Shown: positions 39,047 to 49,508, counted from the stretch's first letter. The stretch is DNA of 64,000 nt from a virus (IMGVR_UViG_3300030330_004405:28525-92524); one strand, 5' to 3'. Numbers and translations are program-made. Notes: generated by a model not told the origin, from the letters alone.

Positions 39047-39698
39047 TAAAATAAAAAAACTGGTTGATTCTTTATCGAACGACCAAAACAAACAACAACA
39101 AGCGCCTGTGACCCTGTCGCTAGAAGAGCAAGAAGAATTAGTTAACCAATTACTTGGAGCCCCAGCTAAGGAGCCCGACTTAAGGCTCATGGGGCTGTTT
39201 AGCGATGTCTCTGATGAGAAAGTTGCTGAGTTAGTTCATGCTTTATTATATTTGGATGAGCTGAACAAGGTCAGAAAAGAGAATAAGCCTGTAGAATTTT
39301 ATATCTGTACTTATGGTGGTTCCGCTGATGACATGTTCGCACTTTACGATGTCATGCGTCAGGTGCGCCAGAACACCGAGGTTCACACAATTGGAATGGG
39401 CAAGGTCATGTCAGCCGGCGTATTAATTTTGGCTGCGGGAACAAAGGGCAAGCGCAAAATTGGAAAGTATTGCCGCGTGATGATTCATTCTGTTATAGGT
39501 GGTAGCCATGGCTCACTGCCAAACTTGGCTAATGAGATGGAAGCAATGCAGCAGATTCAAAAAGATTACATCGAAGCCTTAGTAAATGAAACCAGCATGA
39601 CGAAGAAAGATCTTAAGAAACTTCTTGAGCGCAAGGTTAATGTATACTTGTCGGCAGAAGAAGCGGTTGAATTGGGAATCGCGGACATAATTATTTAA
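39039..39698 (+). CDS. clpP: ClpP-like protease 2
   Basis: ICTYGGS, GKVMSAG, VMIH, YLSAEEAVELGIAD. Confidence 0.88.
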   Translation: MIDKIKKLVDSLSNDQNKQQQAPVTLSLEEQEELVNQLLGAPAKEPDLRLMGLFSDVSDEKVAELVHALLYLDELNKVRKENKPVEFYICTYGGSADDMFALYDVMRQVRQNTEVHTIGMGKVMSAGVLILAAGTKGKRKIGKYCRVMIHSVIGGSHGSLPNLANEMEAMQQIQKDYIEALVNETSMTKKDLKKLLERKVNVYLSAEEAVELGIADIII

Positions 39699-39709
39699 GG
39701 AGATTGTAG

Positions 39710-41347
39710 GTGTCTGATTATATTAAAGATATGTTTATTGAAGTGAGAGAGAAAGATGAAACGATCTCGCCGCTCACTGAATTAGAACAAATGATTGAAG
39801 AGGTTAGCAAAGTGCTCGATGGAGCTACGATGCTTAACGAGGGTGAAACGCTTGAAGAGGGAGAGAGATTTAGTATGTCAATCCCCATCCCCAAACTCAA
39901 CCCTAGCGAGGCATGGGGAAACCCCGACAGCCAATCAAGAAAAGACATTGACAGAATCTTTGCATCCATTACCAGAAAAGGTGGTATCAAAGAAAGAATC
40001 CAGCACGTTAACAGTTTTGTTGATCCAAAGACAGCAGAAAGAAAAGGGCGCGGTCAGAGATTTAATTCCATCCTTAATATGATGATGATTATTGAAGCCC
40101 TCCAAGCCTGTCTAAATGATTATAGTGAGTCATCTGCCGGGTTTGTGTTCGAAGGATTTATGGCGGCACTTACCGGCGGCTCGCAGCAGGCAGACCGCGT
40201 CGGTGGCACACTACCCATTGAGGACTTTGTCACTGGCGATAACGAGAATGTGAGTCTTAAATTGCTGAGTCCAAACACAGGTATTCATGGGAGTTTCACC
40301 AACCTCGTTGATTATCTGTTTTTACGAGGTGGTTCCGGTGAGCCTGAAATTAAATACTTAATCGGACGTAAAAATTCAGAGGGAGACGACGTATCGCAAT
40401 TAGCCATTTTTGATTTTGTCATCAGTCGCGACAACTTTATGACTATTATGGAATCATCTAAGAAGAACAGTTCGTTGCTTGGGGATGAAGAAACTAAAAA
40501 TCGTCTAAAGATACAAATTCAAAATTTTAGCGATTCATCAAAATGGAAAGTAGGAATGCAAGAAATTCTAGAAAATGTTCCTGGATATACCGGCGGTATG
40601 TTCAGCAAGAATGTTGATGCATCTGGACAATTTGAGCCAGACCAAGAAAGTGATCTTGCTGACAAGAAGAAGTATCAATACCACAAAGTAAAGGTAAAGG
40701 CATACAAAATGGATGCTGAAAACTCGGCTGAACAAGCTGCAAAAGCAGGTCAGCAACCGAGCTTTGAGAAATGGGCTAAGGCGCATGATTTAAAAGATCT
40801 TATGCCGCCCGTCCAAAATCCAGAGGATGAAGCAGAAGTCGCCAAAGCACAAAAGGCGCAACAAAGAAACTTGGCTAACCTACAAAAAGCCTACAACGCA
40901 GCCTATACCGATGCTGCCGAGGAAGCTCGACAGGTAGCCGAATCACACTTCGGTGCTTTCCACGTAAGAGAGAAGCGCATGATGCAAGAAGAAAGAGCGT
41001 TGATGGAGGGCGGCGGTAGAGATGGTGGTAGCCAGTGGGAGATCACCCAAGCACTGATGGATAAACTTAGAAAGGTAGCGAAATCACAGTACTATGGTGA
41101 GTTAAACATGTCAGATGAGAACATCAAAGCATGCGCCGAGATTTACATCGAGAAATTGAAAGGCGATATGATGACTCTCTTAGAGACAACAAAAAGTTTT
41201 ACTGAAAATGTCGGTATGTACTTTAGTGCTGATCGTCGCTCAACCGCTATGAACGCAAATGAAAGAGCGCAAGACGAAGGTAAGGCTATCGTTAAAACAC
41301 TAGCGGATGCAAAGGCTTCCGCCGAGAAAGACCCCGATCTTGAATAA
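39710..41347 (+). CDS. Hypothetical protein with a nuclease-like motif and LxE sites
   Basis: AGFVFEGF...PIEDF...VSLK; MLNE/TLEE near the N-terminus. Confidence 0.4.
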   Translation: MSDYIKDMFIEVREKDETISPLTELEQMIEEVSKVLDGATMLNEGETLEEGERFSMSIPIPKLNPSEAWGNPDSQSRKDIDRIFASITRKGGIKERIQHVNSFVDPKTAERKGRGQRFNSILNMMMIIEALQACLNDYSESSAGFVFEGFMAALTGGSQQADRVGGTLPIEDFVTGDNENVSLKLLSPNTGIHGSFTNLVDYLFLRGGSGEPEIKYLIGRKNSEGDDVSQLAIFDFVISRDNFMTIMESSKKNSSLLGDEETKNRLKIQIQNFSDSSKWKVGMQEILENVPGYTGGMFSKNVDASGQFEPDQESDLADKKKYQYHKVKVKAYKMDAENSAEQAAKAGQQPSFEKWAKAHDLKDLMPPVQNPEDEAEVAKAQKAQQRNLANLQKAYNAAYTDAAEEARQVAESHFGAFHVREKRMMQEERALMEGGGRDGGSQWEITQALMDKLRKVAKSQYYGELNMSDENIKACAEIYIEKLKGDMMTLLETTKSFTENVGMYFSADRRSTAMNANERAQDEGKAIVKTLADAKASAEKDPDLE

Positions 41348-41403
41348 AAACATTTGACATTTCATACAAAATTGATTATAATAAACACAACATAGAGGTG
41401 TAA

Positions 41404-42987
41404 ATGAGTCGCGAATACGACAACAATCAATCGCTACAACAAAAGATTATGAATGGCGTGAATGTCCTAGCTGATAATGTGGCATCCACGCTTGGACCCC
41501 GCGGTAGAAATGTTCTGCTGCAAGAGAAAGGAAAGGCACCTTTCGTTACGAAAGACGGAGTGACTGTAGCACACTTCGTAGCCTTGGAAGATCCAATCGA
41601 GAATGCTGCTGTGCAAGTGGCTAGACAAGCTGCTATCGAAACCAACGAGACCGCTGGTGATGGCACAACCACGTCAACTATTCTTGCGAGAGCAATCTTA
41701 CAAGAATCACAAAAGCACATTGCTGCTGGTGCTGCGCCTATTGAACTTCAACGAGGCATCGCCAATACGGTCAAGGAGATATGCAACAAGCTATCAGAGC
41801 AATCAACACCGGTTACGAGCATCGAAGATATTAAGCACATTGCAACTATCTCAGCTAATAACGACTCGACCATCGGTGACTTGGTAGCCATGGCTATCGA
41901 CAAGGTTGGGCAAGATGGCTCAATCACCATCGAAGAATCTCGTTCGCTGGACACGTCTATTGATATTGAGGAAGGGTTTAAGGTGCCGTCTGGTGTCGCT
42001 GCCTCTGCCTTTATCACAGATGAGCGGCGCTCAGTTATGTCGTATGATGAACCGCTTATCCTTGTGACAGATCACAAGATTGATGCTGTTGAGCCTATCT
42101 TACCGATTCTGGAAATGATTGCGAGAGAGGGTCGTCCTTTGATTATCGTAGCCGAAGAGGTTGAAGGACAAGCGCTGGCTGCTCTCATCATGAATGCTAT
42201 GCGTGGCACGCTCAAGGTCGCTGCCATCAAGGCTCCGTTCTACGGTAATGAGCGCCGAGACACACTAAATGACTTGGCTGCTTCTGTTGGCGCTACCTTT
42301 GTCACAAGAGAGTCCGGAGTCAAGCTAAATGATGTGCAACTTAAGCACTTGGGCTCTGCCAAGAGCGTAGAAGGCAACAAGTATGTCACTACCTTCGTGG
42401 GCGGTAATGCGGACTTCGAAGAGATTGAAAAAAGAATTGAATCCCTCAAGAGTGACATTAAAAGCTGCGATGATATGCAGGCAGCCGAACTTATGCAAGG
42501 TAGAATTGTCAGACTGGTTTCCGGTGTTGCAGTCATTAAGGTTGGCGGCGCTACACAAGTCGAAATGATCGAAAAGAAACACAGAGTAGAGGATGCGCTT
42601 GAGGCTGTTCGCTCTGCTCAAGATGAAGGCATTGTAGGTGGAGGGGGCACAGCGCTTCTTAGAGCATCGCAAAACCTCGTGGTATCAACAACAGATCCAC
42701 ATGGCGATCAAGCCTATGGCGTGTCAATTGTAGTAAATGCTTGCAAAGCACCCATCACACAGATGGCACTTAACGCTGGTTTGTCACCTGACATTATTAT
42801 TGACAGAGTGTTGGGTGCTGCTAGCGGTAAAGGTTGGGATTTCAGAAATGATTGCTTGACCAACATGATAGAAAGTGGTATTATTGATCCTGTGAAGGTT
42901 ACCAAAACAGCATTGCAAAATGCGTCGAGCTGTGCCGGCACTTTGATCACCACTAATTATGGCATCATACAAACGGAGGCAGAATGA
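41404..42987 (+). CDS. groEL: Chaperonin GroEL
   Basis: TLGPRGRNV, TKDGVTVA, AGDGTTT, GGGTALL, GIIDPVKV; TTGACA-17-TATAAT upstream. Confidence 0.97.
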   Translation: MSREYDNNQSLQQKIMNGVNVLADNVASTLGPRGRNVLLQEKGKAPFVTKDGVTVAHFVALEDPIENAAVQVARQAAIETNETAGDGTTTSTILARAILQESQKHIAAGAAPIELQRGIANTVKEICNKLSEQSTPVTSIEDIKHIATISANNDSTIGDLVAMAIDKVGQDGSITIEESRSLDTSIDIEEGFKVPSGVAASAFITDERRSVMSYDEPLILVTDHKIDAVEPILPILEMIAREGRPLIIVAEEVEGQALAALIMNAMRGTLKVAAIKAPFYGNERRDTLNDLAASVGATFVTRESGVKLNDVQLKHLGSAKSVEGNKYVTTFVGGNADFEEIEKRIESLKSDIKSCDDMQAAELMQGRIVRLVSGVAVIKVGGATQVEMIEKKHRVEDALEAVRSAQDEGIVGGGGTALLRASQNLVVSTTDPHGDQAYGVSIVVNACKAPITQMALNAGLSPDIIIDRVLGAASGKGWDFRNDCLTNMIESGIIDPVKVTKTALQNASSCAGTLITTNYGIIQTEAE

Positions 42988-43190
42988 TGAACCAAGGAGA
43001 TCTAGTACATATCCCACAAGGCGTTGAACTTTGGTGCAAAAGAGACGGGAGGATGAAATTACGAATGACAGAAAAACCAACCGTGGGTGTTTATTTGAGT
43101 GGTACCAATCGCATTTATCAAGTTTATGCCAATGGTCATGAATGGAATCTTAAAAGAAGAGACGTATATCCAATGGAGGCAGTATGCTAG
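42984..43190 (+). CDS. Small hypothetical protein (GDLV-type N-terminus)
   Basis: NQGDLVHIP. Confidence 0.55.
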   Translation: MMNQGDLVHIPQGVELWCKRDGRMKLRMTEKPTVGVYLSGTNRIYQVYANGHEWNLKRRDVYPMEAVC

Positions 43191-43477
43191 TACGATTAAC
43201 TGAAATTTGTGAAAACAATATGTTGACAAGCAAGAAAAATAACTATACATTAAGAGAAGTGTTTGTCAATCCAGAACACGTGGTTATGATTAGGGAGGAA
43301 GCCAGAATGCAAGACTTAAATGAGCAGGGGCACCTTCCAGACGATCTAAACACGGGACATAGGTTTACAAAACTTACAATCAATCGTGGTCAAACTGGAA
43401 CTGAGATTGTAGTTGTTGGTGCACCTGACCTGATTGAACGATCACTAAATCAAAACAAGAAATTAATAAGAGGTTAA
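43184..43477 (+). CDS. Hypothetical protein
   Basis: RBS GGAGG; VFVNPEHVVMI (weak FlbD-like resemblance). Confidence 0.55.
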   Translation: MLVRLTEICENNMLTSKKNNYTLREVFVNPEHVVMIREEARMQDLNEQGHLPDDLNTGHRFTKLTINRGQTGTEIVVVGAPDLIERSLNQNKKLIRG

Positions 43478-43478
43478 A

Positions 43479-43805
43479 ATGTCAAAAAGAGTTAATATAC
43501 AATATTCCATCGACTTGGATGAACTGCCAAGAGAGGTAGATAGAATTTATGTAAACGCCAAGAATATCTTCAGCAGCTTGTCGCTGCCTGACGAGGCTGG
43601 AGAAGATATTCTGACTGCTGATATGCTAAAGAAAATAGATGACACTCGTCGAGAGTTGACGAACTTAGATCACATCCTTAGCGACGTGACTGGTATTGTA
43701 AGCTCATATGTTCAATATGAACTTAGTCTTAGAGATGACGAATACCAGCAAACCCTACCGGAGCCACAACACAGTGTTGAACACGTTGTTGAAATGCCCG
43801 AATAA
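43479..43805 (+). CDS. Hypothetical protein
   Basis: RBS GAGG; 108 aa. Confidence 0.6.
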   Translation: MSKRVNIQYSIDLDELPREVDRIYVNAKNIFSSLSLPDEAGEDILTADMLKKIDDTRRELTNLDHILSDVTGIVSSYVQYELSLRDDEYQQTLPEPQHSVEHVVEMPE

Positions 43806-44547
43806 GTTTGTATCTTCAGCTTTTCTAAAAGATTATTTAGATCCTGAAACCAAGATAAAGACCTTTGGCTTAAAAGCTGGTCATATAGAAACTGATTTGC
43901 ACACTGCGGGCTTCGATGTAACGATGACTACCAACAGATATTTTGTATGGGAGTTTTGGAACTGCCTCATAAAGAGCCCATGGGGTCTACGCAACTCCAT
44001 AGAATATTATCACAGAGAAACCAATACTGGTGAGTTATCCTATTTTAGAGAAAATTGGTTCACGCTGTTCGATAACCCAGAGGACCGAGCGGCATTTTTC
44101 TATTTGTTAAATAGATATTCAAAAAAAGGCAACTTTGAATGCAAAGAACTTAGTCGGCATAATTATTCAAAATTTAATTTGGTATCATTTGAAAACTCTA
44201 TCCCCCTGGTGAAAGATTTAAAGTTATCGTTTACATCACACGAAAATTTAATCTTAGCGTTTGACAAAGTCCAAGCCGATTCGACAATTCTAATTCCCGT
44301 TGGTGCGATGAAGCAAAGCCACATTTTAAAAAAAGAAGTTGTTACACTCGACACAGCCAGTTATGATTTTGATAAGATAAAAGATTATATGAACAAAGAT
44401 GAGAACAAAATGGTTTTGGTATTCAAGTATGACAAATACACAGACCGCTTTTTCGACAACAAGATATACATTAATAAATTTGGAGTAGTAACAGAGAACC
44501 CAGATCTCGCGGAAGATTTGATTGTTACAAATATAAATCATGAATAA
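43786..44547 (+). CDS. Degenerate (probably inactive) Dam-like protein
   Basis: RAAFFYLLNRYS resembles the Dam TRD; FxGxG and DPPY are replaced; start uncertain. Confidence 0.45.
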   Translation: MLKCPNKFVSSAFLKDYLDPETKIKTFGLKAGHIETDLHTAGFDVTMTTNRYFVWEFWNCLIKSPWGLRNSIEYYHRETNTGELSYFRENWFTLFDNPEDRAAFFYLLNRYSKKGNFECKELSRHNYSKFNLVSFENSIPLVKDLKLSFTSHENLILAFDKVQADSTILIPVGAMKQSHILKKEVVTLDTASYDFDKIKDYMNKDENKMVLVFKYDKYTDRFFDNKIYINKFGVVTENPDLAEDLIVTNINHE

Positions 44548-44884
44548 AGTATTAATTGCATGCATACTCTTCGCTATCGGACAAACTCTCGGCTGGTTCC
44601 AGCTCAATGCTCAGTTCGTTTGGGATTGGTGGAAAGATAAGCCGATACTTTCGGCTGCCCTGTTTTCCATTCCAACAGGTATTTGTTTCTGGTATGGCAT
44701 TAAACTTTGCTATGAAGAATGGGGCGAAGTCTGGGGACCCCGGTTCTTGATCTTCACAATGTCCTATCTAACATTCCCGCTGTTAACTTGGTGGTTTCTC
44801 AATGAATCCATGTTTACAGCAAAGACAATGATATGTGTCTTGCTTTCTTTCGTCATTGTTGGCGTACAACTATTTTGGAGATAA
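44540..44884 (+). CDS. Four-helix membrane protein (DMT/SMR-like)
   Basis: Four hydrophobic segments; FLNESM loop. Confidence 0.6.
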   Translation: MNKVLIACILFAIGQTLGWFQLNAQFVWDWWKDKPILSAALFSIPTGICFWYGIKLCYEEWGEVWGPRFLIFTMSYLTFPLLTWWFLNESMFTAKTMICVLLSFVIVGVQLFWR

Positions 44885-44885
44885 T

Positions 44886-45227
44886 ATGAATAGAAGAATC
44901 GTAGAGAAGCCATGGGGCTTTGAACATATTTGGGCTGAGACCGAAGATTATGTAGCCAAGATGCTGCACATCGAACCTAAACAAAGGTTATCGCTTCAGT
45001 ATCACGAGAAGAAAGAAGAGACAGTTTATGTTCTTGAGGGCACATTGTTAAATTGGACCGATGACGACGAGAGCCCGCCGCAAAGATTTAATGTCAATCA
45101 AGTGCTACACATCAAACCGAATCAGGTACACAGATTTGGAGCCGGCAAAGACATGGTAAGACTTATGGAAGTATCGACACCTCACCTGGATGATGTGGTC
45201 CGACTCGCGGATGACTACGATCGATGA
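44886..45227 (+). CDS. Cupin, type II mannose-6-phosphate isomerase C-terminal-like
   Basis: KPWG, RLSLQYHEKKEET, HRF, EVSTP...DVVRLADDY. Confidence 0.85.
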   Translation: MNRRIVEKPWGFEHIWAETEDYVAKMLHIEPKQRLSLQYHEKKEETVYVLEGTLLNWTDDDESPPQRFNVNQVLHIKPNQVHRFGAGKDMVRLMEVSTPHLDDVVRLADDYDR

Positions 45228-45982
45228 GCAATATTTATCTTTTCGATGTTGACGGCACACTGACGCCAGCCAAGTCTAAAATCACACCGGTGTTCAAAAA
45301 ACAATTTAGCCGCTGGATGAAAGACAAAGAAGTATACATTGTGTCAGGTGGTACGTTTGTCAGAATAGTGGACCAGCTTGGTCTGGAGATTATGAATATG
45401 GTTGATGGGGTGTTCTCTTGTATGGGGAATGTCTTTTACCAACGTCGCGACCAAATCAACGAAAACGGATATAGTGAATGGGACGAGGTCTATGAAAATA
45501 AGTTTACTGGAGCCAAGAATCTTACACGTTCGTTAAACTCTTACGCTGCTAAATCAGATTTTCCAATCAAGACCGGTACACACTGGGAGGAGCGTCCGGG
45601 CATGATGAACTTCTCTATCGTTGGCGTTGATGCTACACCAGAGCAGCGCCAAAAGTTTAAGGAATGGGAAGGCGACTTCGGTGAGCGAAAGAGAATCGTT
45701 AAAAAGCTAAGCGAAAAGTATCCTGAACTTGACTTTGTCATCGGAGGTGCGGTCAGTATCGATATCTTCGACAAAGGCAATGACAAATCGCAGGTTATAC
45801 CTCGCTATTTCGCCGAAGCCTTAGAGCATAACCAGATTCACTTTGTAGGCGATAGAATCCCTGCACCGGGTAATGACCATACCTTAGCACTAGCTCTCCG
45901 TCAGCATCCAAATGGAGCCGCTTACGAGGTAGAGACCTGGGAAGATACGGCTGAGTTATTAAAGACTGAGCCTTTTGCGTAG
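45224..45982 (+). CDS. HAD-family (eukaryotic-type) phosphomannomutase-like protein
   Basis: FDVDGTLT, EERPGMMNFS, GGAVSIDI..GNDK, FVGDR...GND. Confidence 0.8.
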   Translation: MSNIYLFDVDGTLTPAKSKITPVFKKQFSRWMKDKEVYIVSGGTFVRIVDQLGLEIMNMVDGVFSCMGNVFYQRRDQINENGYSEWDEVYENKFTGAKNLTRSLNSYAAKSDFPIKTGTHWEERPGMMNFSIVGVDATPEQRQKFKEWEGDFGERKRIVKKLSEKYPELDFVIGGAVSIDIFDKGNDKSQVIPRYFAEALEHNQIHFVGDRIPAPGNDHTLALALRQHPNGAAYEVETWEDTAELLKTEPFA

Positions 45983-46025
45983 ATACTGATAAAAACAACT
46001 ATTTATAGTGTTGGAGTTTAAATAA

Positions 46026-49000
46026 ATGGACATTTCTACTGGTAATTGGTTTGAGTACCTTCGCGAAGAGGTTTTAACGGAGGGCTTGCGCGACATCGGT
46101 CTTCCTGAGTTTGTCATCGACTACTTGGAAGACGCGATGCCGGACACATCTGAGAAGGCGCGCATGTACATCGCGAATAACTGGAAGAAATCTATAGGTC
46201 GTATGGCTGGTGCTTACACTATCCCATCCCTTCAGTACGAAGTGGTCACCTTTCTCATGGGAGATATGTTTAGAGACTACGTTATTTCTAACCAGCCCGA
46301 CCAACGCGAAAGGCTGGATCCCGTAGCGCGTGTTGCGCCGCCGTTCTCAACTAACGATCCCGCTCGCAAGCGCGAAGCATACGACGAGGAAAGGATGGAG
46401 CAAAACCAGAAGGTTGCGTTTGTCGTTACGAACATCCGCAATGCACTGGACAAGCCCCAAGGCACATGGCGTAAGGCGTTCATGAAGGCAGTTAAGGCAC
46501 TGAGCAAGGCTGGACTTCCAAGCGAGAAGGTAGAGAGCTTCAAAGAGTATCTACGCAGTCTTGCCGGTAAAAACTTTCACTTCTGGATGAATCAATACTC
46601 TGAGCTTGTTGACTTTCTCAATGATGATCCTACCAACTATGAGCTTATTAAAGACGAATATAGTATTCAGGACGCTCACACAAAAGCCGTTGAGTATCTT
46701 GAGAACAAAGAAGATCCAGAGAATATCCTGCACACATTTGATGACGGATCATACTGGTATAACCTGAACGTATCTTCTTGCGATGTTGAAGCGTCACGAA
46801 TGGGACACTGCGGTTCTGACAGTCGCGGTGTGCTTGTGTCTCTCCGCAAGAAGCAAGGCAAGCGCCGAGAATCATCATCGTATGTTACCATGACATACAG
46901 CGAGTTTGAGAATACGATCTATCAAATCAAGGGTCGTTCAAACGATGCACCGCCCGAAGAGACTTGGGATTATATCGCTTGGTTCATTAACAACTATAAT
47001 GTCAAGAATGTAGAAGAGACAGGTGAGCACTCAGGTGATCAGGAAACTATACAAGAGATGATCGAGTATCTCAGCCAAGAAACCAACGCAAACTTCCAAG
47101 GTTCTATTGAGGACCGCATGGAAAGAGCAGAGGAATATTGCGAGGGTGTTATGGAGCGTTACGCTGACAACCGTGACGAGCTTGAATATGGCGACGTTGG
47201 CTATACTCTTGAAGAAGAGATGAATGATGTTTACTGCCTTGCCAGCGCAGAATACGAAGTTGAAATCAACCTTGGATGGCCAGGATACAGCGCTACAGAC
47301 AACGGCTTCAAGCCTGACGAGGGAGACTTCAAAGAGATCCCAAGAGAATTCGGTGCGATGCGCCAGTTTGTTGACGACGTTGGGATCGACGACATGTTGT
47401 ATGAGATGCCGGGTGACGATGGCGACTGGGACATCAGCCTAAGAAACCTCGTTGGTGTTCAGCCCGATGACGTTCCCGCTGGCTCTGAAAGACCAACGAC
47501 CCACCTAGTCATCAGGCTCAACAGCTTTCAAAACTTTACAGCCGACGACGATGGCGAGGTGCCAGATTTTGACGAATTTGTTGACAACATGCTGGCGTTC
47601 GAGGAAGACGATGCGCCGGCACATATAGAGACCGTCAGACAGAATCTAGCTGCTGAGGGTTATATGCCCAAGAGTGCTTACGACCGCTCAAAAGAAGAGC
47701 TTATGAAACTCACTGACCTCGACAAGTGGCACGTCAAAGAAGACAGAGGTGGTCTTGAGTTTGACTGGACTGCTGACGACGGACAGCCACTCCACCCGTA
47801 CACGGGCGACGTAAAGTGGGACGACATGCGCGCACAAATGTATGGGACTGGTACAGGCAACATAATGGGCGTAAATCCCGATGCTGTGAGAAGAAGTCTG
47901 CTTGGCTTCGGAAGAAGGTACAATTTTGCTAACATGCAAGGCACCGACGAATATACAATCCAGTTCACGAGAGAACTGTCTCGTGCAATCACAGCACACT
48001 TAAAGTCAAAAGCTAAAGCACCAGGACAACAGGAACTAGACTTCGGAGACGAGCACAAAGGCACTGACCCCATTAAGGTCTTGGCTGATGATACCGACTT
48101 TGCTGTGTTCACTGACGTAAACTATCGCCCCAGTGGAAGCCGCGAAAGATTCCCTGTCATGGCAATCAAGTGGTTGTACCGCATGCGTGTTGGTGCAAAG
48201 TCAGCACCCGGAGAGACGGAGATCATCCAAGAGATTGCTCGGTTCTTAAACGACAACCCGCAACTTGTGCAAGCTGCTGCTAACAAAGTTATTTCCGATA
48301 TTGTAGGAGAAGATAACAAGCGTACTCAGCGCAATATCGCTGCGGTTATGGATAACCAAAAAACACAAGACGCAATCAACCAAGCCAAAGAGAAATACGG
48401 TAGAGTTATGGATGACTACGGCGACCAAGAAGGATACTCCCAGACAATCGAAGCAGCAAAGAGAGTATACAGCATCGTCAACTGGTTTGAGCAAAACTAC
48501 GCAGATATGGACGAAGCTCAGAGATATGTCATGTCAAAGAAGTTCCTCATCCCGATGGCGAGAAACACCTTCCGTTCGACTATGGATATTGCCGATGTCG
48601 AGGAAGATGGCAAGCCAAAAATGTTTGATGAGCTTGTGGCTAGACAAGTAGCGATGATGGGTGGGCAGCCCGTCAATATGAAGACTTACAATGAGAATGC
48701 AGAAGACTTGTTATTGAGAATCGACGACTTACTAAAAGAAAAAGATGAGTCATATGATCTTAGAATCTATAGTATGAAAGTAGATATTGCTATCTCTAAA
48801 GATCTTGGTGGCGAAGCCCAAGAAGTCCAGACGGAAATTAGAGGAATAGAAGGTGTGACTACGGTGCGAACTGTGGGGGATACTCAGGACGTTGGCGCAT
48901 CTAACGTCGCGACATACGAGATCAAGTTTGAGCTTCTCGGCAATATCGGTCGCGTTAAATATCGTGATAAGATTTTAATTCCCGGCTTGATGAAGATTAA

Positions 49001-49508
49001 GGGCTTAAGAATTTTAAGAGTTAGCCCAATGCACAGAACGAATGTCCGCGGTACAATTAGAACTGTTCGAGAAACACTGCAAGAATATGGCGGTATCGCT
49101 AACTTTGGCGGCGGTGTTGGTAACCTTGGAGCGATGGGTGGTCGTGCCTCAATGGGCACGAAGATGCGCACACCGCGTATGTCAATCGAAGATATTATGA
49201 TGGATTGGGCTGAAGGTGGCGTTAAAATGTACGACGAGATAGCGCCTAATAACTTGATGGGCTATCATGTTATGTATCCTGTCGAGGAATTGCTTGACTA
49301 TTGCAGCCGTGAGTTCCGCGCACCGATGGATGCGTTTGATGGAATGTATCAACAGTTTATTAAGAACGGACCAACAGCGCCGGTATACGTGGCACTGGGC
49401 AAGAACAAGAGAGCGAAGATCACAGGCGGCGAGGATATAGTTTGGTTCGCTAAGAGGGCTGGTCTCAAAGAGGTGCCAGTATTTTTTAGCTACCAGAGGC
49501 AAGTGTGA
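46026..49508 (+). CDS. Large multidomain protein (PcfJ-like segment; C-terminal ParB-like segment)
   Basis: EASRMGHCG...SLR...IYQIKGRSN; C-terminal GPTAPVYV...AGLKEVPV; ACTATTTA upstream; WFEYLRE..LTE N-terminus. Confidence 0.5.
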   Translation: MDISTGNWFEYLREEVLTEGLRDIGLPEFVIDYLEDAMPDTSEKARMYIANNWKKSIGRMAGAYTIPSLQYEVVTFLMGDMFRDYVISNQPDQRERLDPVARVAPPFSTNDPARKREAYDEERMEQNQKVAFVVTNIRNALDKPQGTWRKAFMKAVKALSKAGLPSEKVESFKEYLRSLAGKNFHFWMNQYSELVDFLNDDPTNYELIKDEYSIQDAHTKAVEYLENKEDPENILHTFDDGSYWYNLNVSSCDVEASRMGHCGSDSRGVLVSLRKKQGKRRESSSYVTMTYSEFENTIYQIKGRSNDAPPEETWDYIAWFINNYNVKNVEETGEHSGDQETIQEMIEYLSQETNANFQGSIEDRMERAEEYCEGVMERYADNRDELEYGDVGYTLEEEMNDVYCLASAEYEVEINLGWPGYSATDNGFKPDEGDFKEIPREFGAMRQFVDDVGIDDMLYEMPGDDGDWDISLRNLVGVQPDDVPAGSERPTTHLVIRLNSFQNFTADDDGEVPDFDEFVDNMLAFEEDDAPAHIETVRQNLAAEGYMPKSAYDRSKEELMKLTDLDKWHVKEDRGGLEFDWTADDGQPLHPYTGDVKWDDMRAQMYGTGTGNIMGVNPDAVRRSLLGFGRRYNFANMQGTDEYTIQFTRELSRAITAHLKSKAKAPGQQELDFGDEHKGTDPIKVLADDTDFAVFTDVNYRPSGSRERFPVMAIKWLYRMRVGAKSAPGETEIIQEIARFLNDNPQLVQAAANKVISDIVGEDNKRTQRNIAAVMDNQKTQDAINQAKEKYGRVMDDYGDQEGYSQTIEAAKRVYSIVNWFEQNYADMDEAQRYVMSKKFLIPMARNTFRSTMDIADVEEDGKPKMFDELVARQVAMMGGQPVNMKTYNENAEDLLLRIDDLLKEKDESYDLRIYSMKVDIAISKDLGGEAQEVQTEIRGIEGVTTVRTVGDTQDVGASNVATYEIKFELLGNIGRVKYRDKILIPGLMKIKGLRILRVSPMHRTNVRGTIRTVRETLQEYGGIANFGGGVGNLGAMGGRASMGTKMRTPRMSIEDIMMDWAEGGVKMYDEIAPNNLMGYHVMYPVEELLDYCSREFRAPMDAFDGMYQQFIKNGPTAPVYVALGKNKRAKITGGEDIVWFAKRAGLKEVPVFFSYQRQV

